This document shows, in pieces, positions 26,331 to 35,332 of a stretch of 64,000 nucleotides of DNA. Each line of letters begins with the position of its first letter. The stretch's first letter is position 1. Source of the DNA: Candidatus Omnitrophota bacterium (lineage in GTDB: Bacteria; Omnitrophota; Gorgyraeia; Gygaellales; JAHJCI01); contig JBHPGP010000002.1 in the NCBI GenBank assembly GCA_042570305.1, forward strand, positions 4,024 through 68,023, given 5' to 3'. Under the pieces are notes generated by a model that was given only the letters and a program-made list of their open reading frames with translations, was not told where the DNA came from and ran no database searches. Position numbers and translations under genes: made by a program.

Positions 26331-26426
26331 CAATTTTTTTGACTGAACCTGACTTTAGAAGGGCTTAATATGCCCTGTGCAACTAAAAAAGCTAAAGACA
26401 AATTCTTGGCTTGAGGGAAGAATTGG

Positions 26427-28343
26427 ATGGATAGGCAAGAGGCAGCGGAAGAATTTCTCAATAGTTTAATCAGAACCTTGAATAAGGCTTCTTTTTATGC
26501 AAATGACCACCCGGCATTTTTAAAAGCTGTTGATGATTTTAGAAATACAGTAGATTCAACCCACCGTTTTATAGACCCCATCGTAATCGGCACTACCATC
26601 AATTCTATATTCGTCGACCAAAGAGAATTTTCTGGTCAGCATTACGAGGATTTAGCCAAAAGGCTTCATCAGCGCAGAATCAAAATCATGCAGATTAGAA
26701 AAGGCACAACACTTGAAGAATTATCGCTTTTCTTAAATAAAATATCAGCTCCTCTTAAAGATATCATTAAAAGCGGAGGCATAGCCCACATTTTAAATAA
26801 AGAAAATATGCCCCATCTGTCCATAGAAGAGCTGGACTATTCCGAATTATTAAAAACAGATACAGGCGAATATAAAGATATATGGGTATATTTATTAGGC
26901 GACGCCCTGGAGAAACAGGATCACTCTAAAGTTATCCAGCTGTCAGATATTTTTGAGAAAATGACGAGATATTACACAATCAAGGAGCTTTTAGAAAATG
27001 ACGAGCTTAGAGAAACCCTGCAAAAGTTTTTTAACTACATCAAGGATAGGGATAAGGAAAGATTTTCGCAATGCTCCCTGAAAATAGCAGAGCATATATT
27101 CGTTATCAAGGATGACGCTTTTCAGGTAGAGCTGGAGAAAATGAGAGCATTATTCAATAGTTTTACCGAAAGTGATTTTGCCGAAATGTTAACCAATGAG
27201 GTTTTGAATGTAGATGCATTTGATAGCTCCGGCCTGGACCTATTCTCTAAAATTACCAGTGCAGAGATACACCCCGCTATTGCTTCTTTAACGGCAAAGT
27301 CGCTTAATCAGAGGGTTCTTGGTGATAAGCAGAAGATAAGAAATAAAATAGAAAGCCTCCTGCGCGATAGCGATAAATCCTCCTGCTCCCAGGTATATCT
27401 AGATACCCTTTCTTCATTCTTAAAGAGTATCTCCGGTGCAAGAGGCTTTTCCTTTGACCACGATTTGGCATATGCCAATTATCGCTTAATTCTGCTTGAT
27501 CTGCTTCTTCGATGGCAAAGCAAAGACAGGTTAGAGGCAATTATAGAAGAAGCCTCAAAGATATTGAAAAATAAAGACCAGGGTGTGGACGTTACATATA
27601 TTAAGCTTCTTGCGGACATTATAAAGAAGAAAAAAACGGAGGCTCCCCAGATGTCGTTACTATTGGACGGGCTGGATAAACAGATAACCCATTTTGTAGA
27701 AAACAATATCTGGGACGAAGAGCCTTCTGCGGATTTTCAATATCTCTCAGATTATTTAGAGTCCAGCACGTTGGGGGTTGATTTATACCTCAATAGGATA
27801 TTCGATGAAAATAAAGTGAATGCCGCAGTATTGAAATTATTTTTAAAATTTTTTCCGGACAGCCTGCATCTTTTTAACATGAATTTAAAGAAGAGAATTT
27901 CTGATATAGACTTCATCAGTAATCTTATCAAGAGCTTGAAAGCAGTGGATAGCCCTTTGGGCTTGAATATATTAGAGCAAATATATTTATTCTCTGAAAA
28001 TTACATTAAGATAGAGGTTTTAAGGGCGATGCAGGACATGGGTGCATTCGACAAAGAGTTCTTATTATCAATTCTACAAAAAGATAATGCCTTTTTGAAA
28101 AAAGAAGCCCTGCTGGCGTTAATGAAAGATGAAAAGGCCAAGGGACAGGCTCTGGAAGTTCTTTTCTCCACCAAAGGTTCCCGGAGAACCGTAAATAGAG
28201 CCTTACTGGAAAATATAATACTGGTTGAGGAGATGGGGTTAAAAGAGGCAAAAGATTATTTGAAGGCTGTTAGCAAAAATCTCTTTTTCTGGAATTGGGG
28301 CATAAAAAGAAGAATCAGGGAGATTCTCAGTAAATGGAAATAA
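26427..28343 (+). CDS. Hypothetical protein (638 aa) sharing an N-terminal module with the downstream HD protein
   Basis: No catalytic motif recognised. N-terminal ~110 aa align by eye with the N-terminus of ORF 28334 (FY..HP.F...IG....F....EF...LA..L..R.I.I.......EEL..F). Overlaps the next gene, so operonic. Confidence 0.5.
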   Translation: MDRQEAAEEFLNSLIRTLNKASFYANDHPAFLKAVDDFRNTVDSTHRFIDPIVIGTTINSIFVDQREFSGQHYEDLAKRLHQRRIKIMQIRKGTTLEELSLFLNKISAPLKDIIKSGGIAHILNKENMPHLSIEELDYSELLKTDTGEYKDIWVYLLGDALEKQDHSKVIQLSDIFEKMTRYYTIKELLENDELRETLQKFFNYIKDRDKERFSQCSLKIAEHIFVIKDDAFQVELEKMRALFNSFTESDFAEMLTNEVLNVDAFDSSGLDLFSKITSAEIHPAIASLTAKSLNQRVLGDKQKIRNKIESLLRDSDKSSCSQVYLDTLSSFLKSISGARGFSFDHDLAYANYRLILLDLLLRWQSKDRLEAIIEEASKILKNKDQGVDVTYIKLLADIIKKKKTEAPQMSLLLDGLDKQITHFVENNIWDEEPSADFQYLSDYLESSTLGVDLYLNRIFDENKVNAAVLKLFLKFFPDSLHLFNMNLKKRISDIDFISNLIKSLKAVDSPLGLNILEQIYLFSENYIKIEVLRAMQDMGAFDKEFLLSILQKDNAFLKKEALLALMKDEKAKGQALEVLFSTKGSRRTVNRALLENIILVEEMGLKEAKDYLKAVSKNLFFWNWGIKRRIREILSKWK

Positions 28344-29698
28344 TAGAGAAGGTTAAAGAACTGATTGTCGATTTGATTGCCTGCACGCAAATGATTAAGC
28401 TTTATTCCGGCAGGCATAAGATATTTGAGGACTCTATTGATAAGTTATATGAGAGTGCGCAAGAAACTTTAAAAGAAAGGGATGAGCTGGTTATAGGGAT
28501 TGTTGGCGATGAGTTCGTCTTTGAAAAAGAGATTTTCTTCGAGCTGAGTAAAACATCTCTCGCCGGGATACTAATCGCCTCTCTCAGGGCAAGGGGTATA
28601 GAGAGAATTATTTTTTATCCGCAGCTGCATAAAGAGGAGCTGGAAATGTTCATTACTTTTGTAGTCAATCCCCTAAAAGAACAAATTGAAGGCAATTCAC
28701 AGAAATACCTGGCTGCCCTAGGGATTCGCAACATAGCCGTAGATAAGATTAGGACACCTAATGCCCCTGCGGAAACCGTGATAAAGAAAAAGTTACAAGA
28801 GGCAACAGAAAGTTTTGGAATATATGAAGATTATTCTAATAAAGCCTCTGAATATTTGGAAGCGCCGTTAAATAATGCTGTCATAGACCACCTTGCTTTA
28901 AGGATTGTCCTGCTCAAGATTATTGAGAATTTATCTGTCCGGAAGGAGTTTTTGAAATTTTCCGTAATAAAAAGGGACGAGGCAGCAAGATTTTTGCATT
29001 TCGTAAATGTTTCGATTTTGGCAATGTATTTATCTTCTAAACTGGGATTTTCTCAGAATGATACCCTGGATATAGGCATCGCAGCATTATTCCATGATAT
29101 CGGCAAGATTTATATTTCCAGGGAGTTGCGCAGCAGTAATAATAGATTAACAAAGGAGGAATCAGCCGATATTAAAAGCCACACCCAATTGGGGCCAGCG
29201 CTGCTTTTAAAATATGTTGATACTTTGGGCATTTTGCCGGTGGTAGTTTCGTTTGAGCATCATTTAAGATACGATTTAAAGGCTTATTCTGAATTATTGT
29301 CTGGATATAAACCTCACATTGCCTCTTTGATTATTTCTATATGCGATGTGTACGACGCTCTTTGCCAAAGGCGAAGTTATAAATACGGCTATCCCCCGGA
29401 TGCCATCTATAACCTGATGATGAAGGGAAGGGGCAGCGCCTTTGAGCCGGATCTTTTGGATACCTTTTTTAGAGTAACAGGAGTATGGCCTATAGGCACA
29501 GTCGTATTATTAAGTGACAACAGAGTTGCCATAGTGCGCCAGGAAAATGAAGACGACATATTCAGGCCTAAAGTGGAAATTGCAGAATCTCAGGACAAAA
29601 ATGAACTTATTGATTTAAAGGATAAGAAAGCTGAGCTCAAGATAGAGCGCGCCCTCAATCCTTTAACAGAAGGCAAAGTTTATCTCCGCTTAATTTAA
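28334..29698 (+). CDS. HD-domain phosphohydrolase, degenerate HD-GYP type
   Basis: HDIGK...HHLRYDLKAY...D..DAL: HD metal-binding residues are present, but the HHExxDGxGYP signature is degenerate (GYP lost). Confidence 0.7.
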   Translation: MEIIEKVKELIVDLIACTQMIKLYSGRHKIFEDSIDKLYESAQETLKERDELVIGIVGDEFVFEKEIFFELSKTSLAGILIASLRARGIERIIFYPQLHKEELEMFITFVVNPLKEQIEGNSQKYLAALGIRNIAVDKIRTPNAPAETVIKKKLQEATESFGIYEDYSNKASEYLEAPLNNAVIDHLALRIVLLKIIENLSVRKEFLKFSVIKRDEAARFLHFVNVSILAMYLSSKLGFSQNDTLDIGIAALFHDIGKIYISRELRSSNNRLTKEESADIKSHTQLGPALLLKYVDTLGILPVVVSFEHHLRYDLKAYSELLSGYKPHIASLIISICDVYDALCQRRSYKYGYPPDAIYNLMMKGRGSAFEPDLLDTFFRVTGVWPIGTVVLLSDNRVAIVRQENEDDIFRPKVEIAESQDKNELIDLKDKKAELKIERALNPLTEGKVYLRLI

Positions 29699-29783
29699 AA
29701 CCTGGTCGCGAGGCGCCGGGAAAGTTTTTGAAATTAAGAAACATAAGGCCAGGCAAACAATCAGTGGCCTAAGAGGCGTTCAG

Positions 29784-30221
29784 ATGAAAAGAAATTATAC
29801 GATATTAGCCTTAATTTTGATAATTTCCATAGTATTTTCTTATCGCGCAGGGAGCAATACAAGGCAGGCAATAGCCAAAATTCATAATAAAATATACAGA
29901 TTTGAATTAGCAGAGACCACTGAGGAAAGATCTAAGGGGCTGATGCATAGAGAGCAGCTTGATGATGACGGCGGGATGCTGTTCATTTTTAACAAGAGCG
30001 ATTATTTAACCTTTTATATGAAGAATACCTTTATTCCCCTTGAAGTCGCCTTTATTGACGAAAATTTTACGATAGTCGATTTCCGGGCATTAAAGCCTTT
30101 GGATTTAACTTATATCACCTCCAGGGCTAAGGCGCTTTATGCGCTTGAAGTAAATAAGGGATTTTTTGAGAGGGTAGGCTTAGGGGTCGGGGATAGGCTT
30201 GAGTTTGTGATTGCTGAATAA
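29784..30221 (+). CDS. DUF192 (COG1430) family protein with signal anchor
   Basis: GLMHRE...GMLFIF....FYMKNTFIPLEVAFID....VD, typical DUF192 blocks. Confidence 0.55.
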   Translation: MKRNYTILALILIISIVFSYRAGSNTRQAIAKIHNKIYRFELAETTEERSKGLMHREQLDDDGGMLFIFNKSDYLTFYMKNTFIPLEVAFIDENFTIVDFRALKPLDLTYITSRAKALYALEVNKGFFERVGLGVGDRLEFVIAE

Positions 30222-30360
30222 TTCCGCCCCCGAATTATTCCATTGCTTTTTTGATTATTTCACGGTAAAATAAATCTGCACAAATGAGTAAAGTTACGCA
30301 GGCAAAAAAATAGGTCAAATTGACAATGGCAACCCTTTAAAGGGAGAGAGAGTTGCCATT

Positions 30361-30726
30361 ATGTTTAGAAAGGGGGGTGTTGTCGTGAAAGGGTTATCAT
30401 TCTTGGCAATAGCGCTGGTTTTTTCTTTCAGCGTGCTTTTGAGCGGTTGCGCGCAAGAGAAGGCTGCGTCGAGCAGAGAGGCAATAGAAGCCGCTAAAGC
30501 AATGGAAACCATGGAGCAAAAGGCAGCATATTTAATACAGCAAGCCAAAGCCTTTTATAACTCGCAAGATTTCAAGAATGCAGTTAATACAGCTCAATAC
30601 ATCTTAAGTTACGTAGACAAAGATTCACAGGCGGCAAAAGACCTGTTGGAGAAAGCCAAGCAGGCATTGGCTTCTGCGGCCAAGGGCGCCATGGAAGACG
30701 TAAAGAAGGTAATGCCCGGCATGTAG
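30361..30726 (+). CDS. Small lipoprotein (lipobox LLSGC), alanine/lysine-rich
   Basis: Signal peptide plus LSGC lipobox. Low-complexity helical remainder. Confidence 0.45.
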   Translation: MFRKGGVVVKGLSFLAIALVFSFSVLLSGCAQEKAASSREAIEAAKAMETMEQKAAYLIQQAKAFYNSQDFKNAVNTAQYILSYVDKDSQAAKDLLEKAKQALASAAKGAMEDVKKVMPGM

Positions 30727-30764
30727 GCAAGCTAGATAAACCCAAAAACTAGAAGGGGGTGGAA

Positions 30765-30932
30765 ATGAACGGATTGATAGGCCTCGTAGTTTTGGTGCTG
30801 GATATTATTGCCATAGTTGATGCCGTAAAGAGCAAAATGACATCGGGCAAGAAAATCCTTTGGATTATCCTGGTGCTGATTATACCTGTCGTCGGTATGA
30901 TTCTCTATTTCCTGGTAGGCAAAAAGAAATAG
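30765..30932 (+). CDS. PLDc_N-type small membrane protein (55 aa)
   Basis: Not in the ORF track (<60 aa): MNGLIGLVVLVLDIIAIVDAVKSKMTSGKKILWIILVLIIPVVGMILYFLVGKKK. Matches the PLD-nuclease N-terminal small-protein pattern (IxDxxKS...KxLW...PxxGxxxYxxxG). RBS gggggtgg. Confidence 0.5.
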   Translation: MNGLIGLVVLVLDIIAIVDAVKSKMTSGKKILWIILVLIIPVVGMILYFLVGKKK

Positions 30933-30994
30933 CGCGTAAAGCAGGTTTCCAGCCGGCAAGAAAGACAGATTACACAAGAGAGCAAGGGAGTGCT

Positions 30995-32314
30995 ATGCCA
31001 ACAAAGATTATTAATTTTATTAAGCACGATATCTGGAGAATCCGTTCAAAAGACCTGCCGCGAAGAAAATCATTTTTGATTAAGCAGTTGAGAGTGCTTC
31101 TTCGGGCTTTGCACGGTTTTAATGAGGACAAATGTCAGCTAAGGGCCTCGGCCCTGACATTTTATTCCCTGCTCTCTATTGTGCCTGTACTTGCTATGGC
31201 TTTTGGTGTAGCTAAAGGGTTTGGTTTTGAGAAGCTTCTGGAAAAACAGCTCGTGGAAAAGTTTGCCGGTCAGGGAGAAGTGATCGCGCAGGCTGTTAAC
31301 TTCGCCCATACGCTACTGGAAAATACCAAAGGGGGCATGGTTGCCGGCATAGGAGTGGCCGTGCTTTTCTGGACCGTGATAAAAGTCTTGGGTAATATCG
31401 AGCGTTCGTTTAATGACATCTGGGGAATAAAAGAGGCGCGTAAATTAGGTCGCAAGTTAAGCGATTATCTTTCCGTGATGCTGATTTGTCCTTTTCTAGT
31501 AATTGTTTCAAGCGGAATTACCGTATTCGTTGCCACTCAGGTACAGCTGATTACCGAAAGAATTGCTTTATTAGGTGCCTTAAGCCCTGTTATCTTCCTT
31601 GCCTTGAAATTGCTTCCTTACTGTATAATCTGGGCGCTATTTACGTTTATTTACATCTTTATGCCTAATACCAAGGTTAATTTCAAATCCGGCTTATTTG
31701 CAGGCATACTGGCAGGCTCAATCTACGTGGTTGTCCAGTGGGCATATGTTGTTTTCCAGGTAGGGGCAGGCAAGTTCAATGCTATCTACGGAAGCTTTGC
31801 TGCGCTGCCTTTATTTCTGGTCTGGCTTCAGATGAGCTGGCTGATAGTGCTTTTTGGGGCGGAGGTTTCTTTTGCCCACCAGAATGTAGAGATGTACGAG
31901 TTTGAGCCGGACTCTCAGCGGGTGAGCTACTCTTTTAAAAGATTGCTTACCCTAAGGGTAGCGCATTTACTGATCAGAAACTTTCAAGAAGCAGCCAAGC
32001 CCTTTACCTCTACCGAGGTTTCCCGTCTCCTGGAAATTCCCATTCGCCTGGTGCGCCAGATACTTTTTGAATTGGTGGAAAGCGGAATCGCTTCAGAGGT
32101 AAAGACCGAGGATTACAAAGAAACGGCTTATCAACCTGCCCGCGATACGCAACTGTTTACCATAAAACGCATTATCGATATGCTGGAACAGAAGGGCATT
32201 GATGATATTCCGGTTGCCCAAAGCCAAGAATTGAAGTCAATTTCGGAGAGCCTGCAAAGGTTTGCCGATACCCTCGAGAAATCCCCCGCTAATAAGCTTC
32301 TCAAGGACATATAA
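30995..32314 (+). CDS. YihY/BrkB-family inner membrane protein with C-terminal soluble extension
   Basis: LRASALTFYSLLSIVPVLAMAFGV...FN.IWG, with 6 TM segments typical of the YihY (formerly ribonuclease BN) family. The true start is probably the ATG at 30995 (RBS agggag), not the 30860 of the track. Confidence 0.75.
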   Translation: MPTKIINFIKHDIWRIRSKDLPRRKSFLIKQLRVLLRALHGFNEDKCQLRASALTFYSLLSIVPVLAMAFGVAKGFGFEKLLEKQLVEKFAGQGEVIAQAVNFAHTLLENTKGGMVAGIGVAVLFWTVIKVLGNIERSFNDIWGIKEARKLGRKLSDYLSVMLICPFLVIVSSGITVFVATQVQLITERIALLGALSPVIFLALKLLPYCIIWALFTFIYIFMPNTKVNFKSGLFAGILAGSIYVVVQWAYVVFQVGAGKFNAIYGSFAALPLFLVWLQMSWLIVLFGAEVSFAHQNVEMYEFEPDSQRVSYSFKRLLTLRVAHLLIRNFQEAAKPFTSTEVSRLLEIPIRLVRQILFELVESGIASEVKTEDYKETAYQPARDTQLFTIKRIIDMLEQKGIDDIPVAQSQELKSISESLQRFADTLEKSPANKLLKDI

Positions 32315-32329
32315 TACAAGGAGGCAGGA

Positions 32330-33289
32330 ATGAAGAAGATATTAATTATCCTTGCGGTAATAATCGTTATTCTGGCGGTTGCCAAGGATCAGATAATAAA
32401 GTCTACGGTGACGGTTGTAGGCAGCAAGGTGCTCGGAACACAAGTTAAGCTCGGCGGTTTTTCTTTGGGCGTAGTCAAGCGGGCAATCAGGATAAAGGAC
32501 TTTAAAATATATAACCCCGAAGGGTTTCCCAAAGGCGCAATCATAGATATCCCAGAGATAAGCGTTGATTATAGCCTGCTGGCTTTATTAACGGGGAAGC
32601 TGCATGCCAGGAGCGTTGTCTTTGAATTAAAAGAAGTGAACGTGGTTAAGAATAAAGAGGGGAAATTAAACGTAGATTCATTAAGGGTTGCGCAAGCAGG
32701 GAAGGAGCCTGCTGCCGGCAGCGAGAAAAAGCCAGGGCCCTCCAAGGCAATGCCGATTCAGATAGATACGCTCAACTTGAATATGGGCAAGGTGGTATAT
32801 ACGGATATGACCGCCGGAGAAAAGCCCTCTGTTCAGGTTTTTGAAATAGGCATTAATAAGACATATAATAACATCAACAGCGTCCAGCAGTTGGCCGCGC
32901 TTATATTAACAGAGCCGATGAAGCAGACAGCGATAAAAGGGGCTAAAATTTACGGAGCCGCTACCCTGCTCGGAGCAGGCTTTCTGCCCGTAGGCATTGC
33001 TGCCACGCTAACCGGCAAAGACAGCTCCCAGGCGGATTTTGATGTTGCCTACGACACTGTTTACCAGGCGAGTATTGAAGTCACCAGGCAAATGGGCGAG
33101 ATAACCAGCGAGGATAAAAGCTCAGGCATCATAAAAGGCGATGTGGATGGTAGTAGTGTAACCATTAGGATAACAAAGACAAGCGAGAAGTCTACTCAGG
33201 TTATTGTGGCAGCAAGAAAAATTATGCTGCCTAAGCCGCAGATAGCAGGAGGAGTTTTGCATCAGATTTCCGGAAAATTGGGAAAGTAA
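32330..33289 (+). CDS. AsmA/DUF748-like protein (paralogous N-terminus to ORF 9002)
   Basis: N-terminal TM, then GTQVKLGGFSLG...VDYSLLALLTGKLHARSVVFELKEVNVV, which parallels 9002..10249. Confidence 0.4.
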   Translation: MKKILIILAVIIVILAVAKDQIIKSTVTVVGSKVLGTQVKLGGFSLGVVKRAIRIKDFKIYNPEGFPKGAIIDIPEISVDYSLLALLTGKLHARSVVFELKEVNVVKNKEGKLNVDSLRVAQAGKEPAAGSEKKPGPSKAMPIQIDTLNLNMGKVVYTDMTAGEKPSVQVFEIGINKTYNNINSVQQLAALILTEPMKQTAIKGAKIYGAATLLGAGFLPVGIAATLTGKDSSQADFDVAYDTVYQASIEVTRQMGEITSEDKSSGIIKGDVDGSSVTIRITKTSEKSTQVIVAARKIMLPKPQIAGGVLHQISGKLGK

Positions 33290-33428
33290 ATTAAGCCGTA
33301 ATTATTTGCCCTCTGCAAATCACAGCTTGCAGAGGGCTTTTTTCGATGTATAATAAAAGCGAAAGGGGGTGATGGGCGGATTAGTCGCGCAGGAAAGAGA
33401 AGAATTCACAAACCATGGAGGTGATATA

Positions 33429-34100
33429 ATGGATTGGGAGATTCTAATTATTGAACCGGTCAAGGAGATGCTCACGAAAATAGCTAATTTTATTCCTACC
33501 CTGATCGGCGCTTTGGTTATTTTAGTAGTAGGCTGGATTGTAGCGAAAATATTCAAAGGCCTGGTGAACCGCATACTTGTAGTGATACGTTTTGACATAG
33601 TGGCCGATAAAGCGAACGTTTCCGAAATCTTAAGCAAGGGCGGCATAAAGATTAGCGCGCGCCAGATGATTTGCAACCTCGCTTACTGGCTGGTAATGAT
33701 TATGGTTCTGGTGATGGTAGTTAATGCCATCGGTTTAACAGTAGCCTCTCAGCTTTTGGACGGCCTGCTTGCCTATATCCCCAAGGTTATTGCGGCAATA
33801 TTCGTTCTCATCCTAGGTATGTTCCTGGGTAACGTGATCTCCGGGGTAGTGCGCACAGCAGCCAGTAATGCCAATCTGCCCAGAGCGCAGATGCTCGGCA
33901 GTATAAGCCATTGGGCAATCGTGATCTTTGCGGCTACTATTTCATTGGGGCAGCTGGGCATTGCTCCTCTGTTGGTAACCTCCACCTTTAATATTCTTTT
34001 CGGCGGGATTTGCCTTGCCCTGGCCTTGGCCTTTGGATTGGGAGGCAAGGATGCTGCTGCGAAGTATATTGAAGAATTAAAGAGAAAACAGTCTAGGTAA
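33429..34100 (+). CDS. Conserved-TM-helix repeat membrane protein (MscS-associated TM_helix type)
   Basis: Three similar TM repeats (IGALVILVVGWIVAKIFKGLV / IAAIFVLILGMFLGNVISGVV / IVIFAATISLGQLGIAPLLV). Start at the ATG at 33429 with RBS ggaggtga. Confidence 0.45.
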   Translation: MDWEILIIEPVKEMLTKIANFIPTLIGALVILVVGWIVAKIFKGLVNRILVVIRFDIVADKANVSEILSKGGIKISARQMICNLAYWLVMIMVLVMVVNAIGLTVASQLLDGLLAYIPKVIAAIFVLILGMFLGNVISGVVRTAASNANLPRAQMLGSISHWAIVIFAATISLGQLGIAPLLVTSTFNILFGGICLALALAFGLGGKDAAAKYIEELKRKQSR

Positions 34101-34136
34101 AATATTAGTTTAATCAGCAAGTTTCAGGAAATACCG

Positions 34137-34181
34137 GGCTCCGCTTTGTTGCTTGGAGCAGCAAGCGGAGCCTTTATTGTT
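34137..34181 (+). terminator. Rho-independent terminator
   Basis: ggctccgctttgttgct-tgg-agcagcaagcggagcc followed by tttattgtt. Confidence 0.6.
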
Positions 34182-34203
34182 CGTTTCGCTAACAGGGTTG
34201 ATT

Positions 34204-34968
34204 ATGGATAATAAAGAATGGAAGAAATTTTCACTCGTTTTTAAAGAACTCTTGGATTTGGAATTAAGCCCCGTAGCGGTAGCCCGTTTTAAAAAGCCGC
34301 TTTTGGAATCTTTTGATCAGAAGGTGCGCATCTGCCGGGCAATTCTGGAAGCCGGCAGAGGACAGACGCTGCAGGTGTCGCGTAAGAATAATGCCTGTTT
34401 TGGAGCGGCCTGGCACCTCGGTTTTCATCAACTAGATGACCCGAAGACCGTCAGTATGATAAAAAAATTCGTAGTTGAAGGCGAGAAGCTCTTTAGTTCC
34501 TATCGGGCCCTGGATAACCTTATGCCGCAAATGGGCGAGGTCGCTGATAACGCAGACTCCTTTTTTTTATTGTCTCCTATGGAGAAGTGCGAATTTAAGC
34601 CGGAGTTGGTAATCTTTATTTCTGACGCGCAGGCAACCTGCCGCTTACTTACTCTGGCGACATTTATTGACGGCTCAATGCCAGAAATTAAAATCGGCGG
34701 CCCTACTTGCAGAATGGCGGTGATGTATCCCTTGATGCAAGATAAACTCAACATATCCTTCTATGATTATACCGCAAGAAAGATGTGCAATGTGCCAAAA
34801 GACAAGCTATTGGTAAGCATCCCTTATAAAAGAGTTACAGAGATGATTAAGGCAATCGATAAATGTTCCGCAGGAAAAGCAAAGATAGAATATCCTCAGG
34901 AATTCAGGGAATTTCTGCAGCGTACGGCGCAATGTCAGGATAAAAATCCCGCTGATTCACATATCTAA
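34204..34968 (+). CDS. Hypothetical protein, possibly DUF169 family
   Basis: ~254 aa soluble protein. Weak resemblance to DUF169/COG2043. Start at the ATG at 34204 rather than 34153. Confidence 0.35.
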   Translation: MDNKEWKKFSLVFKELLDLELSPVAVARFKKPLLESFDQKVRICRAILEAGRGQTLQVSRKNNACFGAAWHLGFHQLDDPKTVSMIKKFVVEGEKLFSSYRALDNLMPQMGEVADNADSFFLLSPMEKCEFKPELVIFISDAQATCRLLTLATFIDGSMPEIKIGGPTCRMAVMYPLMQDKLNISFYDYTARKMCNVPKDKLLVSIPYKRVTEMIKAIDKCSAGKAKIEYPQEFREFLQRTAQCQDKNPADSHI

Positions 34969-35104
34969 CTTACTGTAAAATATGAAGTTATAAAAGAAGA
35001 ACCCCGGTTTTGTTCTCCCTAAGAGAATTATTTTTATAACCCTCTTATGGTGCTTTAGTTAGATTCAGGAGAGCTGAAAAATAAAATTTTTTTTGGAAAA
35101 TTTT

Positions 35105-35133
35105 TTGAAAAGGCATTGCTGAAGTGTTATACT
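35105..35133 (+). promoter_or_regulatory. Sigma70-type promoter (TTGAAA-17-TATACT)
   Basis: ttgaaa aggcattgctgaagtgt tatact, with an exact 17-bp spacer. Confidence 0.55.
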
Positions 35134-35182
35134 TTAACTGGTTATGAGTATTTACATTACTTGATAAAATTTAAGAAGGCAA

Positions 35183-35240
35183 GGCAACCCTCGGAGGTTT
35201 GAGGGTTGCCTTTTATTTTCGGCTGTTAGCCGTTTTTTTT
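35183..35240 (+). terminator. Two tandem intrinsic terminators
   Basis: ggcaaccctc-ggaggttt-gagggttgcc + ttttatttt (35183-35220), then cggct-gtt-agccg + tttttttt (35220-35240). Both lie ~50-100 nt downstream of the promoter at 35105. Confidence 0.65.
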
Positions 35241-35332
35241 AAAAAGGTTTTGAAAGCGTTTTCTTTTTTGTTGGTGTAGCCATTGAAAACAGCCTAACTG
35301 AGTCTTATATTTTAAGTAAGGGAAATTATAAA

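Noticed and set aside
30326-30358. Hairpin atggcaac...gttgccat enclosing the RBS of ORF 30361 as a possible RNA thermometer
   Set aside because: Only an 8-bp stem with an 18-nt loop. No corroborating features, so it is too weak to call.
35100-35332. c-di-GMP (GEMM) riboswitch upstream of the PAS-GGDEF-HD-GYP gene
   Set aside because: I looked for the GEMM-I hallmarks (GGCAAACC and GACGCAAAGCC-type conserved stretches, two adjacent hairpins with a tetraloop and receptor) and did not see them. Only generic terminator hairpins are present. Kept as an sRNA/attenuator candidate instead.
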